A stretch of 64,000 nucleotides of DNA from positions 1 to 64,000 of the forward strand of contig LVLI01000314.1 in NCBI GenBank assembly GCA_001687465.1, read 5' to 3'. The notes under the pieces are model-generated. The model saw only the letters and a program-made list of their open reading frames with translations. It was not told the origin of the DNA and did not search any database. Position numbers and translations under genes: made by a program. Below are positions 11,661-25,781 of the stretch, one piece after another (the stretch's first letter is position 1; each line of letters opens with the position of its first letter). Source of the stretch: Halocafeteria seosinensis. Its lineage: Eukaryota.

Positions 11661-14600
11661 ATGAGCTCGACCGCCAAGAAACAAGGTCGGCAGAAATCGT
11701 CATCTACCTCTAATAAGGCAAATGGAGCTCGTAAACCCAAACCCACGCTGCATGAGGAACCGCCTGCTGCAGCTCTTATAATGAGTTTTCTGTACAAGGG
11801 GCAGGATTTATACATTGCTGGAAAGTATGAGGAGGCACTGGACCAATTGAATGCGTACTTACAGGCCGAAGATCCGCAGTATACCGCCAAAATGAGGGAG
11901 GGAAGGATGCAAAAAGCAGCTGTTTTGACCAAATTGGAGCGATATGAAGAGGCTTTGGAGGAGTATACTGCATTGTTATCGTCCCAAAGCACTTGCACAG
12001 ATGTGGCTATCCTCGAAAACAATGGGCAAGAAGCTGTGGAGGACCCAGGGGACAACAGTCAGGTGTACTTCTGCAAAGGATACGTCCTGTTTCTGTTGGA
12101 GCGCTATGAGGAAGCTATTAAATCCATTGATACCGCGGTGCAATTAGAACCAACCCGTGCCCAATTTCATTTCTGGAGAGGTCGAGTATTGTTGGAGCAA
12201 GACGAGCATCAGCGAGCTGTGGAATCGTTTGACCAAGCGCTGAAGCTATGCCCTAACTACCAAGAAGCCCATTGTTGCAAAGGGCATGCACTCATGGGTC
12301 TTGAACAGTACGAAGAGGCGGGACAAGAATACAAAGAAACTCTGAGAATGGATCCAGTGTTTCCGGCAGCTCATAATGGCCTTTTATCTTTGGGGAGGTA
12401 CGAAGATGCCGAAGAAGCACTCGACTGCGCCTTGGAGAAAGATCCCTATGACAAGGTGGCTCACTTTCTCAAGGGCCGCATTTTATCTACCCAGGGACAC
12501 CAAGAGGATGCTATTACAGAATTCGACAAAGCATTGCAAGTTGATGATACATTTGTGGACGCGTATTGCTGGAGGGGCGACGCACTAATGCATATTAACA
12601 AGTACGATGCAGCAGCTCAATCGTACGACCGGGCACTGACCCTCGGGTGTGGAGGTGCAGAGGAATATTTCCGTAAAGGATTTGCCCAGTTTGAGCAAGC
12701 GCGATATCAGGAAGCTTTAGCAGCGTTTAATCACTCGCTTGAAATAGATTCCGCGCATATTCAAGCCAACTTATACAAAGCTCACATTCTCTTCATATTA
12801 AGCGACAAAGAAGGTTCCGTTCAACTGTACGAGCGCGTGATTAAGTTGAACCCGTCCCTTCAAGTTGCCCACCGTAGTAAAGGACAGGCATTGTCCCAAT
12901 TAGGTCGCTTTACTGAGGCTGTTGAAGCGTTTAATGCTGCCACAGAACTCGACCAATCAGACGGTGGTCTGTATCTGGACAAGGGGAATGCCCTGTTTAG
13001 CTTAAATATGCTCGAGGAGGCTATTGGAGCGTACGATGAAGGCATTTCGAAAAATGCCCCCCTAGAACTGGCATATAAGTACAAAGGCCATGCGTTACTT
13101 GAGCTAGGAAGAAATAAAGAGGCTCTTGCAGCCTACGATGAGGCTATCAAACACGATCCTAACTCGGGAAGCGTCTATCGGGGTAAGGGGGATGCCTTGT
13201 TTGAACTCGGAGAGTATGAAGGAGCCATAGGTGTATACGAAAAAGCTACTCAAGTTGCCCCATCACTCGCTGCCGCCTATCGTGACAAGGGCGATGCATT
13301 ATTTCAGCTACAGCGATATGAACAGGCCACCGAGGCCTACAATGAAGCCATTCGTTTAGATCCCAAGCTCATGTTCGTATTTCGAGATAAAGGAGAGGCT
13401 CTGTTTGAGCTAGGGGAGTATGAGGAAGCTCTCGAGGCATACGATTATGCTCTGCAAAACGACCCTACGGATGAGAACTGGTATGTTTACGGGGTTCAGG
13501 GACTCTGCCTCTTTGAGATGGGTCGCTTTGAAGAGGCGATTAAGTCGTTTGATAGATCAATTCAAATAGACGATTCTCAGCTGGATGCACACCTGTGGAA
13601 AGCCTGCTGTTTGTTTAAATTGGGGAGATATGCAGAAGCTGCGGATACCAATAATGAGGCCCTGAAGCACGACGCCGATTTAGAACCAGCCTTGCGCAAC
13701 AAGGGAACGGCACTACTTGCTCTTGGAGATTATCAAGGAGCCTTGCAGGCTTATGAGCGAGTACTGAGGTTTAAACCGCGAGAAAAGGACCTATACTTGT
13801 GGAAAGGAAATGCTCTTGTTGGTTTGAGGCGTTTTGCTGATGCCGTTAAGGCTTTTGGCAAAGCAAAAACCATAGACCCGAAAGATTCGAATACGCACGT
13901 AATGATAAGCAGCGCTTACTTAGAATCCGCTGACTTTGTGCAAGCCAAACGGCAGTGTGACGAAGCTCTTCAAATTGATCCGAACAATGAGCGTGCTTTA
14001 AAGAATAAAGGAATCGTCTTCTGGAAACTAGGAAAGTTTAAAAAGGCTTTACGGGCTTTCGAAAATGCAATTGAAATAAACCCCAGCTACTCTGAAGCTC
14101 AGCGTTGGAAAGGAGATACCTTGTATGAGATGAAACAGTACAAAGGTGCTTTAAAGTCCTACGAAAAAGCTGTTGAATCACTCTCAAAGCTTTATGAAGC
14201 TCCGAAGCATAAATCGAGTCTTAAGCGGAGTGCATCATCCTCGCGTAAAGGTAAGAAGAGTGATAAGGCAAACGGAAAATCGAGGGAATCAAACGGGGAT
14301 GTGCTTCCCGCTTGTCCGCAATTGTTTAACTCGACCACTGAGCAGCAGAGGAAATTTTACCTGTATAGCCGACAGGGTGACGTCTTAGTTTGCCTAGGGC
14401 AGTACAGGGATGCTGTCCAAGCTTACGACAGAGCTCTCGATATCTTCCCAGACGCCGGGGCTGAGCACTGGAAGAAAGGTGAAGCCCTATCGGCCTTGGG
14501 AAACTGCGCAGAAGCGGTCGATGCGCTGTCTCGTCAGCGTCTTATGGCATATATTGGCGTCGGTGTGGTGTCCTTTGAGCAGGGTAAATACAAGCAAGCA

Positions 14601-14843
14601 ATATGCGCATATGACGAAGCTCTTAAATTGGACCCGAAGTGTGCATTAGCTTATCGAAACAAGGGTGAATCATTGTACCGGTTAGGGGACCTTCAAGAGG
14701 CTGCACAACTGTACAACAAGGCGTTAGAAATGACCACTGAGGTTAAAACCGAAGACGTTGACAGAGATGAAGCCATTGAAATACTGGAGGACAGCCACGA
14801 GTGGTCGCCGCAAGCGACGCCTTGTAAGCGACAACGTGTGTGA
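11661..14843 (+). CDS. Long tetratricopeptide-repeat protein (more than 20 TPRs)
   Basis: Continuous KGxAL..LG.YEEA..AYD.A...DP repeats. ATG at 11661 (MSSTAKKQ). Intronless. Confidence 0.9.
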   Translation: MSSTAKKQGRQKSSSTSNKANGARKPKPTLHEEPPAAALIMSFLYKGQDLYIAGKYEEALDQLNAYLQAEDPQYTAKMREGRMQKAAVLTKLERYEEALEEYTALLSSQSTCTDVAILENNGQEAVEDPGDNSQVYFCKGYVLFLLERYEEAIKSIDTAVQLEPTRAQFHFWRGRVLLEQDEHQRAVESFDQALKLCPNYQEAHCCKGHALMGLEQYEEAGQEYKETLRMDPVFPAAHNGLLSLGRYEDAEEALDCALEKDPYDKVAHFLKGRILSTQGHQEDAITEFDKALQVDDTFVDAYCWRGDALMHINKYDAAAQSYDRALTLGCGGAEEYFRKGFAQFEQARYQEALAAFNHSLEIDSAHIQANLYKAHILFILSDKEGSVQLYERVIKLNPSLQVAHRSKGQALSQLGRFTEAVEAFNAATELDQSDGGLYLDKGNALFSLNMLEEAIGAYDEGISKNAPLELAYKYKGHALLELGRNKEALAAYDEAIKHDPNSGSVYRGKGDALFELGEYEGAIGVYEKATQVAPSLAAAYRDKGDALFQLQRYEQATEAYNEAIRLDPKLMFVFRDKGEALFELGEYEEALEAYDYALQNDPTDENWYVYGVQGLCLFEMGRFEEAIKSFDRSIQIDDSQLDAHLWKACCLFKLGRYAEAADTNNEALKHDADLEPALRNKGTALLALGDYQGALQAYERVLRFKPREKDLYLWKGNALVGLRRFADAVKAFGKAKTIDPKDSNTHVMISSAYLESADFVQAKRQCDEALQIDPNNERALKNKGIVFWKLGKFKKALRAFENAIEINPSYSEAQRWKGDTLYEMKQYKGALKSYEKAVESLSKLYEAPKHKSSLKRSASSSRKGKKSDKANGKSRESNGDVLPACPQLFNSTTEQQRKFYLYSRQGDVLVCLGQYRDAVQAYDRALDIFPDAGAEHWKKGEALSALGNCAEAVDALSRQRLMAYIGVGVVSFEQGKYKQAICAYDEALKLDPKCALAYRNKGESLYRLGDLQEAAQLYNKALEMTTEVKTEDVDRDEAIEILEDSHEWSPQATPCKRQRV

Positions 14844-15136
14844 ACAAATCTGTCCACATCGTCACATACGGGAAAGTAGCCGCATGACCCAGTGAGCTGC
14901 GTATGCAGTGTGAAACGGATATGTGATACTTGTCTCAAAAGAAAAGCTGGAGCAATGGTGGTCGCTGATTCATTAACCGACTGTTCGCATTCTCTATTGA
15001 ATGATGTGGTCTCCTCTGGGCACATCCCCAGCGTTGCAACGCAAAAACATGTCAAGACTTGTACTATGTCGAAGTGGTGTTCATTCGTTAAGCAGGCAAA
15101 CATCAAGTGTGAGATTGTGTATCAAACTTGGGCACG

Positions 15137-15207
15137 CACACACACACACATGTGACAGATAGCCCACCGTCCTGGAGGTTGACCCTATCCTCTTAGCGAG
15201 GAGCGGT
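15137..15207 (-). repeat. Dispersed repeat copy 1 with (CA)n/(TG)n tail, possible retroposon 3' end
   Basis: 57-nt core 15151-15207 matches 27160-27216 with 6 mismatches. Both copies abut a CA microsatellite. Confidence 0.75.
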
Positions 15208-15498
15208 TGAGCTTGCTCAAGCACATTGTTTAGACCTGCGACATCACATTGCACTGTCTTTGTATTGGGTTTAAACTTAGTGGATGGCTGTTCCGATGTT
15301 CTTTCGTGAAAGATTGAAACTTCCTCCTAAGTAGCGATGATTAGCGGGAATCATCATAATCGGCACTACTTGGTCCTAGCGTTGCTCGAGAATTAGAAAC
15401 AACATACTCCTAATCGATGCCTGTCGTGCTAAATGTGACGCCCTTCAAAGCATCATTGGGATCGAAGACGTTTTGTTTGTTCATGTGCAATAGCACCA

Positions 15499-15607
15499 AA
15501 GGTTGTTCAGTGGATATGTCAACTAACTCCACCAAAAAACTGTCGAAGGTTGTTCAGTGGCTACTTGATTAGAAGTGTCAACTGAGTCCACCAAAAAACT
15601 GTCGAAA
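15499..15607. repeat. Imperfect tandem duplication
   Basis: aaggttgttcagtgg...tgtcaact..tccaccaaaaaactgtcgaa occurs twice, with a short insertion in copy 2. Confidence 0.75.
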
Positions 15608-17334
15608 GGGTAAAAGGTAGTGAGAACTCGGACGGGGTTGCAAATGAGAGGATTATGCACTAGAGACTTCACAAAACGTTGCTTCTGCACTGAATCCGTT
15701 GCATAGTATCCTGATTGGTTCAGGCAGTTGAATTCATTTGTCTTAGCTCTCTGAGATAATCTCTCTCTCCGGCAGTCCCAGTAATCGCTCCCTTCCCAGC
15801 CAAATCGGATGGCACACACTCGATAGTCTGGTGGGTAAGGAGGGAACTCGGAGATGCAGTATCCTCTGTGTCTTCGCCGTAGATGTTATAAATAACGCTT
15901 AGCGTATTTTTCTTTCCTGGAAGAAATTATTGTAACCGCCTCTTAATTCTTGGGCGTCTGCAGCATAACCTTGTCGAGACACAGTGCAACCTTCCAGGGA
16001 TTCTGGAAGCACTGAGTATACGAAAGGTGATAGCAGGTCAGGTAATGAGACGAAATCCAAATGAGTATGTTGGCGTAAGCCGTGGTACCTTCTCAGCAAT
16101 GATAGCGCAAAGAGTCTTTGTTCGCAGCGATGGCCAGAGTAGAAACGGTTGTTGTAGTGGATCATGGAGCTTTCTCTTCGTGAAGACAGAATCGAATGAG
16201 TTGAGGTGGCTTCGCCAATGGCTCGCTATCGAGGGGAATTCCAAGTTGACTATACAGTCGTGTCATAAGAACTCCTGCTCCCTGGGGATTCGGAAAAAGG
16301 CCCCTTCTCTGTGCTTGGCGCAGTGCACGAGCATCATAGCGGAACTTCGAACAAATAATTGCACACTATTTTACCGAGTAAACTCTCCGGGGCAAGGAGG
16401 CCGTCATGACGCTCTAGAGTCTCGGATCCAACAAGAAACGACGCTTCGTCCTTTGATATGCCCAAAAGTCCCTAATATTTCCCTCGGCTCGCCTTGGAAC
16501 ATGCACAAAATGATTGTATATCGGAAGTACTCATACTCCATTTCGAGTAAGTTTCGTCCAAAGTCTCGCCGAGACCTTCAGTTGGATCTTCAGCAAATGT
16601 TGAAGTAATACCGTAAAGCTCAGGAAGTAACTCTCTCACCCCTCCAGGGTGGCAGATGAACGGGACTTTGGTGTCTTCTTTGATGAAATTGGCCCACCGG
16701 GACGGGAATTGCTGAGTTGATCCGCAGTCGTCTCTCAAGGCTGTCCAGAATCGTATGACGACATTTTTGGCACTTTTTTCACAAGTTGCTAGGATCTCTT
16801 TCTCTCTTCCGCTGAGCCCTGTTAATACATCAACTAATCTTGAATCTTGCAGCTTTGGTTCAAATTGTACTTGTGCCATATCGGTTACCTTCGGGACTTC
16901 CGTGGTCATCTATCTCGTGAATAAAATGGCCCAAAACCTTCCGTGGCTACACTACATAAATTCTTGGTCACCATTGTTTGTTAAAGTTCAAACGAGTCTC
17001 TCGGAATATAACAGATCGCGTCAGTCTGAAAGATCCTACTGGGATGAGAGATAAGTCAGAAGCAACTAAGCAGTGTAGAAACAAAAATGGTGGAAGTTTG
17101 GCCTAGGGGGCTAGTTAGGGGATCTTCACATCGCGTAGAAGTTTCGACGTCCGACGTTAAAAATCTTTTGGGAGTCTTCAAAGGACTCCGGGGTGATTCG
17201 GAAATTCCAAGACTAGGTCCATGCTGCCCGATTGTCAACTCCGAAATGTAATATTTGATCAGAAACAGGGTACGTTCGTCGATGGATACCTTGCTAATGC
17301 TAACATTCAAAAGTGTTGCAGCCAGGTGTATCAA
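15523..17334 (-). pseudogene. Decayed, frameshifted protein-coding sequence (possibly Crinkler/RHS-type, unverified)
   Basis: Successive protein-like minus-strand ORF fragments (17056-17334, 16472-16909, 15899-16165, 15523-15819) in changing frames, without clean intron joins. Confidence 0.35.
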
Positions 17335-17432
17335 CGTGCGATTTCATAGAATAAGTCAAAATGGTGTCATCCTGAATGACATAGTGTTCCGAGGTTATTG
17401 ATTTTTCTATTGCAACGCATCGATTGCTGGTG

Positions 17433-19125
<1,693 letters not shown>

Positions 19126-19203
19126 TATGGCGCATAATTGGTAGGAAATGGACGATTGACACAAGTGTATGATACCCTTTCTTTCTTTTTATATATCTAA
19201 ATT

Positions 19204-20402
19204 ATGTTATTAAGACGCCTCATACAACCATTTATGGCTTCATCGTATAGAATAGGCCGTCATAGTGCTGGCAGAAGCATCAACATGACCTCTCGGGGGT
19301 CAGCAGCCGCAGTAGGAGGGAATTCAAGGCCCTTTACGGAGGCTAGAGCTCCTATACCAGAGCCGTATGACCCTCCTATTCAGTATGTACATCTCAGGGA
19401 CACCGTGGGCACGACAGAGGCCAGGAAGATGGCGTATACGGAAGAAAAAGGCACCAGAGAGACCACGAAGAGAAGGCCAACTATTGTGTGTATTCATGGC
19501 GCTCCTGGAAGTGTGCGCGATTTTCGATACATAGCGCCCGTGTTAGCCAAAGACATGGATTGCCACGTCATTCGCTTCGATCTCCCTGGACATGGATCGA
19601 CGCCGCTTGAGACGTGTGTGGAAGTGGATGATGAGAGCATTGGCAAGACCATCATGGAAGCGCTGGAGGAATTGGGAATCACGAACGCGAATCGTGTAGT
19701 ACTCTTAGCGCACAGTTTGGGAGGCGCTCAGGCATTTCAGTTAGCGGGAGATTACCCTGATAAAGTGGCCGGCGTGGTGCTCATCAACAGCCTCGGGTTG
19801 TCCCTGCATCGAGGAATTGCCCCGGAATTTGTCAAAATACATGCTCCAAAAGTACGTGTGCTTTCAGGAACATATTTGCACCGGAACATGTTCTGACACT
19901 TTTGCTGTTTTGTATGCGCAGTTCCTGATCGATATTCCTATCCTCGGAGACTATGTCTTCATGCCTCTGCTGAAACAGATTTACGTCCGTATGCTAGGCT
20001 TCTCGAAAGGAACCACCTATACAGAAATCAGGAGATGCCAAAATCGCATCAAAGCCATTAACTTTGAACAGAATCGCATGAATGTAGAAAAGATAAGGAA
20101 AGCTGATATTCCGTCGTTGCTCGCATACTCGGAAAATGACCCGTTGATAGAGGTACGGGGCTTGCATCGTTGACAAGCGATCCCGTGTCTTTTATATCTG
20201 TCTGTATTGCATGGCACAGACCAAGATTCCAGAGGAGCTTGGATCGCATCTTCCCGATGGACCCAGACTGGTTTTCCCTCGTGGAGGGCACTATTTGCAG
20301 AAAGCTCAGGCGTTCTCCTTGGCATCATCCATTAGAGATTGGCTCGACAAGGATAAACGCTTGAGACAGAGATGGGACCAAACACCCCAGAGTAAATTAT
20401 AG
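19204..20402 (+). CDS. Alpha/beta hydrolase, three exons
   Basis: HGAPGS oxyanion motif, AHSLGG nucleophile elbow, Asp (ENDPLIE) and His (GGHY). Introns 19852-19921 and 20153-20219. Confidence 0.85.
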
Positions 20403-20420
20403 TACCACCAGCGGAAATAT

Positions 20421-21431
20421 TCAGTGATCATCTTCATACATGCCAGGACATGATTCTTCCAAGTCTTCTGGAGAAGAATATTGAAGACCACACCAAATGC
20501 AATAATTGTGTTGAGTGCGAAGATATTCCAAGATCATTCGGAGACGATCAGCGACGGGGGCTTCTCTCCATTGCTGTTGCTCCTCGGTTAGTTTCTGTGG
20601 GGTTGCATCCGTTTCTGCTTCTTCACCAGAGGTATCCATAGCGGGTTCCAATTCAGGAAACGGTGTCCACATGTAGTTTACTTCACTCGAGGTCGTGTCA
20701 CTGCTATCAACGGCACTGGCCTCATTCGAAAATAGACCAGCTCGTATATCTAACTCTTGGCATGTTCGGCATGCTTTCCGCAAGGCAGCTTCTGTTTTGC
20801 GCTCATTGAAGCGAGCACTCATGGCAGCTCGAAAATCATCTTTCTGCATGTTCATCATACTCTGTTTCGCTTTCATGCGTTGCAGTTGTTGAGACATTAT
20901 CTCCTTCTGCCGTTCCCGAGCTTTCTTGCGTTCAGCTCGTTGATCGACGCTGCGTCCAATTCCAGCACGTTGGGTTCTAATTTCTAAATCAATGGGTTCG
21001 GCTCGACCTTGCTTCTCTTTCCCCAGTCCTTCTCCACTTTTATAGCCCATTTTGGCGAGCATTTGAAACCCCTGCAGCTCCATTGGACGTCGGTTGAGTA
21101 CTTGCTACTGCCCAATCCATAGTAAGAGACGCACCTTGTTGGACGATGAAAGTCTGGTATCCAGTCCTTCATCTCGAAATTCCTCCATGGCTTTCCTTTG
21201 GGACTTTTGGCCTCGTAAGCGCTCCGTAGCATCCTCTTCCTCTTGCTCCTTCTCTTCCTGGGCCTCCCGGGGGCGTTTGTTCGATTCCAAGACGGCTGAT
21301 GTCTCCTGGAGAATGTGATCTGACATATAGTCCATGTGAGTAGATGATACAGAGCAAGAGGAGACGGTGGTAGAGGCAGCGGCACGGTTCTTGGGCTTTC
21401 GCCCAAGTGCGCTCACTTTTATGCGTTTCAT
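20421..21431 (-). CDS. GPATCH11: G-patch domain protein 11 (CCDC75-like)
   Basis: DYMSD motif, NK|GFQMLAKMGYKSGEGLGK G-patch (intron 21072-21134), C-terminal YLRTQHNYCIWCG..Y.....L...CPG..EDDH. Start may be 21335. Confidence 0.85.
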
Positions 21432-21648
21432 AGCCACTGTTTGTACATTATTCGAGGAGTCAACCGTCAATCCCACTAGAAAAATGAGACTTCATGATGC
21501 GACTCAACACGGCTGAGGACAAGGAGGTACAACTGAAGTGCAGATACGTGTCATTCCTGACCACAAATCGTCAACGACGAAAAAAGAACCTAAGGAACTA
21601 CCATACGGTACGTGAATGACGCCCCGGAGAGCATAGTACAGCATGTAA

Positions 21649-24600
21649 CTAAGTTATCTGCGGAGACGAAGAAAGATGCCGGAGTAATGATTCCGAACTT
21701 GATTTTAGCTTCTCCTCGTAAGGAGCAGTTGAATAATTTCTCCCCAAGAAAAGACAAAGCTGATCTCTAGCATCAATTTCTCCTCCTTGGCTTAAGACTT
21801 TGTCTACATAGTTGTACAACGTTGTCCTGTTCCATAGACCAGCCTTTGTAGAACGGATGCTAGAAACTATGTCCTGCAAAGATAAGAAATTGAGAATAGC
21901 CCACCGAAATCAGTCTCTTGACTATATTTTGTTTGTCGTACCTCAACGATAACATCGCTCCAAAGATACGTATAGTAGTTGGAGGAATACCCTGAAAGAT
22001 GTCCAAACGATGCCTGGGAGAACCCACACGGTTGTGAAAAGTGACAAATACAAATACACGCGTACCTACTACAATTACTCGGCTTACCTCAGGATGAGTC
22101 CCTTTGATGCGGTCGAAAGGAGAATACTTTGGTCGAAGTACGTCTACATACTGCTCCAACTTCTGAATAGATTCCTTATGGTTGGTAGTGCTAATCGGCA
22201 GCGAACCATTGTCCGCCTCATGTAGTTTGAGCGACATCATTGAGTAAAAGATCTGAGTCTCTGTGCTTAACGCTTGGCGCATTTTCTCCTCTTCTTTGAG
22301 TTTTGACAACGTTTCTTTGGAGATAGATCGTTCTGAAAATGATACAGAAATATTTTATCATATCGATGCAAAAAAATACAGCTTCAAACACGTACTTGTT
22401 TCTACATGTCTAGATACTAGGTCTAATGTCCTCTGCTCTTTTAGCCAATGTTCCAAGACTTGTGAGGGTACCTCCACGAAATCATTGGCTATGGCGAGAC
22501 CTGCAATGGTTTCGTTTCACAGTATGTAACGGTGTTCCTGGGAGGATACTCCCTTCTATCACGAACCTGAAAAGCTGTACAGCCGTTTGTTTAAACTACT
22601 AAATATGTAATGCAGCCCGTGCCCAAATTCATGGAACATCGTTTCAACCTGGGATAATAGAAAGCATGAGGAGCGGTACGCTGCATTGGCCTGTACGAAT
22701 ACAGCTTACCTGCGAGAATTCCATTGCGCCTTGCCTCGGAAAGTTGCACACGAGCGCGAATTCCGGAGCGCCGTTTCCAACTCTCCCTGATCTCAAGGGG
22801 AACATTGCCGCATGCGAGAATTTACTAGTGCGGGGAAACAGATCCAGGTATATTCGTGCAAGCAAATCTCCTGGTTTACTCCAGCAGCCAGGCTGTTGCC
22901 CTGGAGTGTCTGAACAAATTGAGGATAGTCTCTCGAGACCAGAACTCGTAGCCCTCTTGCTATCTTCACCCGGCGTTTGTGGAGCAAAGAGGTGTTTCTG
23001 TGGTGGGGCTTCCATCGCATAGACATTGAGCACTTCGACATCTTCGTGCCATTTACCTATCTGTCTCCCCGCAGAATCACTGTAGAAAATTCGTTTCTCA
23101 ATATTTTCCCTCTCTTCGCCAAGTACTTGCTTGACACGTTTTAAAGAAGTTGATTCTGAAACGACCTCAAACGCAAGGCCAAATACATCGGATGCAACAG
23201 CAAGTAAACCCGCATGAGTTCTATCGACGTTAAAATAATTTCTTGTCTCTGAATCGCTAACATTCAGTAGTTCTGTGCGCAGCTTTTCCATATAGTATGA
23301 CAAATCGTACGGTTGTAGATCCGCGTTTTCACCTTGGTCTTTACGTAGAAGCTTCCGAAGCTGCTCTAATAGTTTGTCCTTATGAATCCCTGAGGCTAGG
23401 TGATGCAGGCGTTCAAGAAACTTGTTCACAGTACCCGGACTACCTGCCATTGTTCGCTTCTGAGCCAAAGAAGCCCAGTTATCGAAATTAAGAGCTGAGG
23501 CAATATTTCTCCTGGTTATCAACAAGTCGATAAGACGCTGTATTACGTTGTCATCTATGAAACAACAATGCGATTTTCGTTGGCCATTTCATAATGCGAA
23601 CGTACCTCGGAGTTTTCGGGATAAGCAGCCGAATTGGACTTCACATACAATTCTGTTCGCAATGTTCGATTCATCGCAAACTTCATAATCGGCAATACAT
23701 CTGGGGAAAAGAATGGTCTAGTGCACATAATTTCGTCAGAAAGCTTCAATAACACTACATACCGGGATAATCTGTGGACACAACTACATCATTTTGATCT
23801 AAACCGCTTCCTTCCTTTTGAAGACTCTGCTTTGGTAGCTTGCTGACCCGGTGGTTTTCTACAAAGCTGCTAGGAAGTCCTGTAAATGTCTTATCAACAT
23901 CTTCGGCTTTAATCACCAATGTTCCTCGAGATTGAGCAATAGCAAGCTCAAAATTATTGCTCAATTCAGACGCTTTACTAGATAGTCGCTGATAATCTTC
24001 CATCTTTTGGAAGAACTGGATTATCTCCGAAGAGCAGTTGGTCTTCTGAGGATCCCCACGGTAGTGTTTGTACAACTTTTCACACCTCAGCAACTGCTCA
24101 GCTGTGACATCCCTTTCTGCAAGCCGGTCGACGTCAATTCCTGTGGTTTTCGCTTCGTCCAAGACATCATAAACAAACCGGGTGGCAAGCCATAAACGAA
24201 CACTGTCATCTCGCCATGTGTTCAACGCTGGTGGTCCGTATATGTCGCCGTTCTGTGCAGATTTTTGGATATTTTCCATGGCTTTTTCACGTTTCCCCAA
24301 CATTGGTGCTAAGCCTCTTGTATATTCTTCATAAATTCGCATCATGATCACGGCATCCGTGGACAGTATCGATACTTGACTTTGGAGTATTTGAATGCAT
24401 TCGAGGCAGCTCTGCCTCACCTCGGTTTGTGGATGCTGCAATTAGCAAGTCATAACAAGTATAACAGCTTCGACTCTACGCCGATAAGGGTACATACCAC
24501 GTTGGCCAACAGGTTCAGCATTGAAGTTGCGTTTGAAATGACTCCCACAAGGGTGTCCAGCTCCCCTTTCACACCCCAGCGCAAGTGCTTATACTCTCTG

Positions 24601-25518
24601 ATTGCCGTCATCATACCTTGGATCGTGGAGTTAACTTGTCTACAGTACTCTCTCGTCTCCTCTGCAAACAAGGCACACAACAAACGGAGAGTATGGGTAA
24701 CGAGAGCGATCACGTCTAATTGTTAGCTTACCTCCAGAAGTTGGGAACAAAGACCATGTCCACACATCTTGAACAGTGAGGTCGAAATCAACATTATCTC
24801 GAGGAACCACGTCCTCGTGGTCTTTTGAAGTCTCATCGCCTTCGCCATTGGCTGGAGCAGTCGATTCCTTAGCTTCTGGTTCTTCCGTCTCCGGAGGGGG
24901 TGATGGTTTTGGTTGTGGGTTATCGCCCTTATCTGTACCCTCCTTATCATCATCATCGACTTTCTTTTTATCATCGTCATCTTGTCTTTGGGGTTGCCTG
25001 CTGTTCTGAGGACGTGCGTTGTCGTCATCCTTTCCGCCGGAATAGTAATAGTAGTCGTCGTCGTCATCATCAAACGTGCCAGGCTGCTTGCCAGGATGTT
25101 TCTGAGGGGATACATCATCCCCACCATAATTATCGTCAGTTCCCTGCTGCTCGGGGGCTTTCGCTTGTCGACTAGGTTGGGGAACCACAGGTTCAGGATT
25201 CGAACTCCCACTCCCACCTGAGCTCGATGAGTGTCGTTCATCCCCCTGGATAAACATTGTAATAAATATAATGAAGACAAGGGTGCCAAATGTAGCAAGT
25301 AATGCTTTCTTCTTCCGATCGCCAGCTCTTGCACCATGGTCCTGGCTCGTAGACTCGTGGTGAGGGGCCAAAGGGACTCGATCGCGCTCAACATGGCCCG
25401 GTTCAAAGTCTATATCGTCCACATTGAAGCCATCATCGTCTCCATCCCCATTATCTGAAGAATCGGAGGAATCCGCCGGAGGACGACCCGGAAGTGGATT
25501 GGACGACCTTATTTGCAT
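21649..25518 (-). CDS. M3A (thimet oligopeptidase-like) metallopeptidase with N-terminal transmembrane anchor and Asp-rich stalk, multi-exon
   Basis: FHEFGHGLH (HEFGH at 22619-22633), YLDLFPRTSKFSHAA, LVCNF, DFVEVPSQ, ASFGHLSGYSSNYYTYLWS, VLSQGG...FLGR. Exon 1, carrying the TM, joins via intron 24662-24731. Confidence 0.85.
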
Positions 25519-25781
25519 GTTTCTTGCTTACTGTCTGAAACTTGCTCCATGACACGGAACGTGCATGCAGTACATATTCCCACACATACACAACACCGAA
25601 CACCACCATTACAGTGGGTACAAACATGGCAGTGATGACACAACTCGTATCCCAGAGGATGCCCATCCGGAATATCTTTGCTGAAGGGAACCAATTCTTC
25701 TGCAGTTCAAAAATTGATGTGAGGACGAGACGGATCAGGAGGAGATATTATCGAATCTCAACCCTTCAGAGGAAGGATGCA

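Noticed and set aside
15499..15607. Repeat-spacer-like pattern suggesting CRISPR
   Set aside because: Only two units, eukaryotic context and no cas genes.
16027..16608. 193-aa plus-strand ORF
   Set aside because: No recognisable motif and a non-ATG start; more likely the antisense shadow of the decayed minus-strand sequence.
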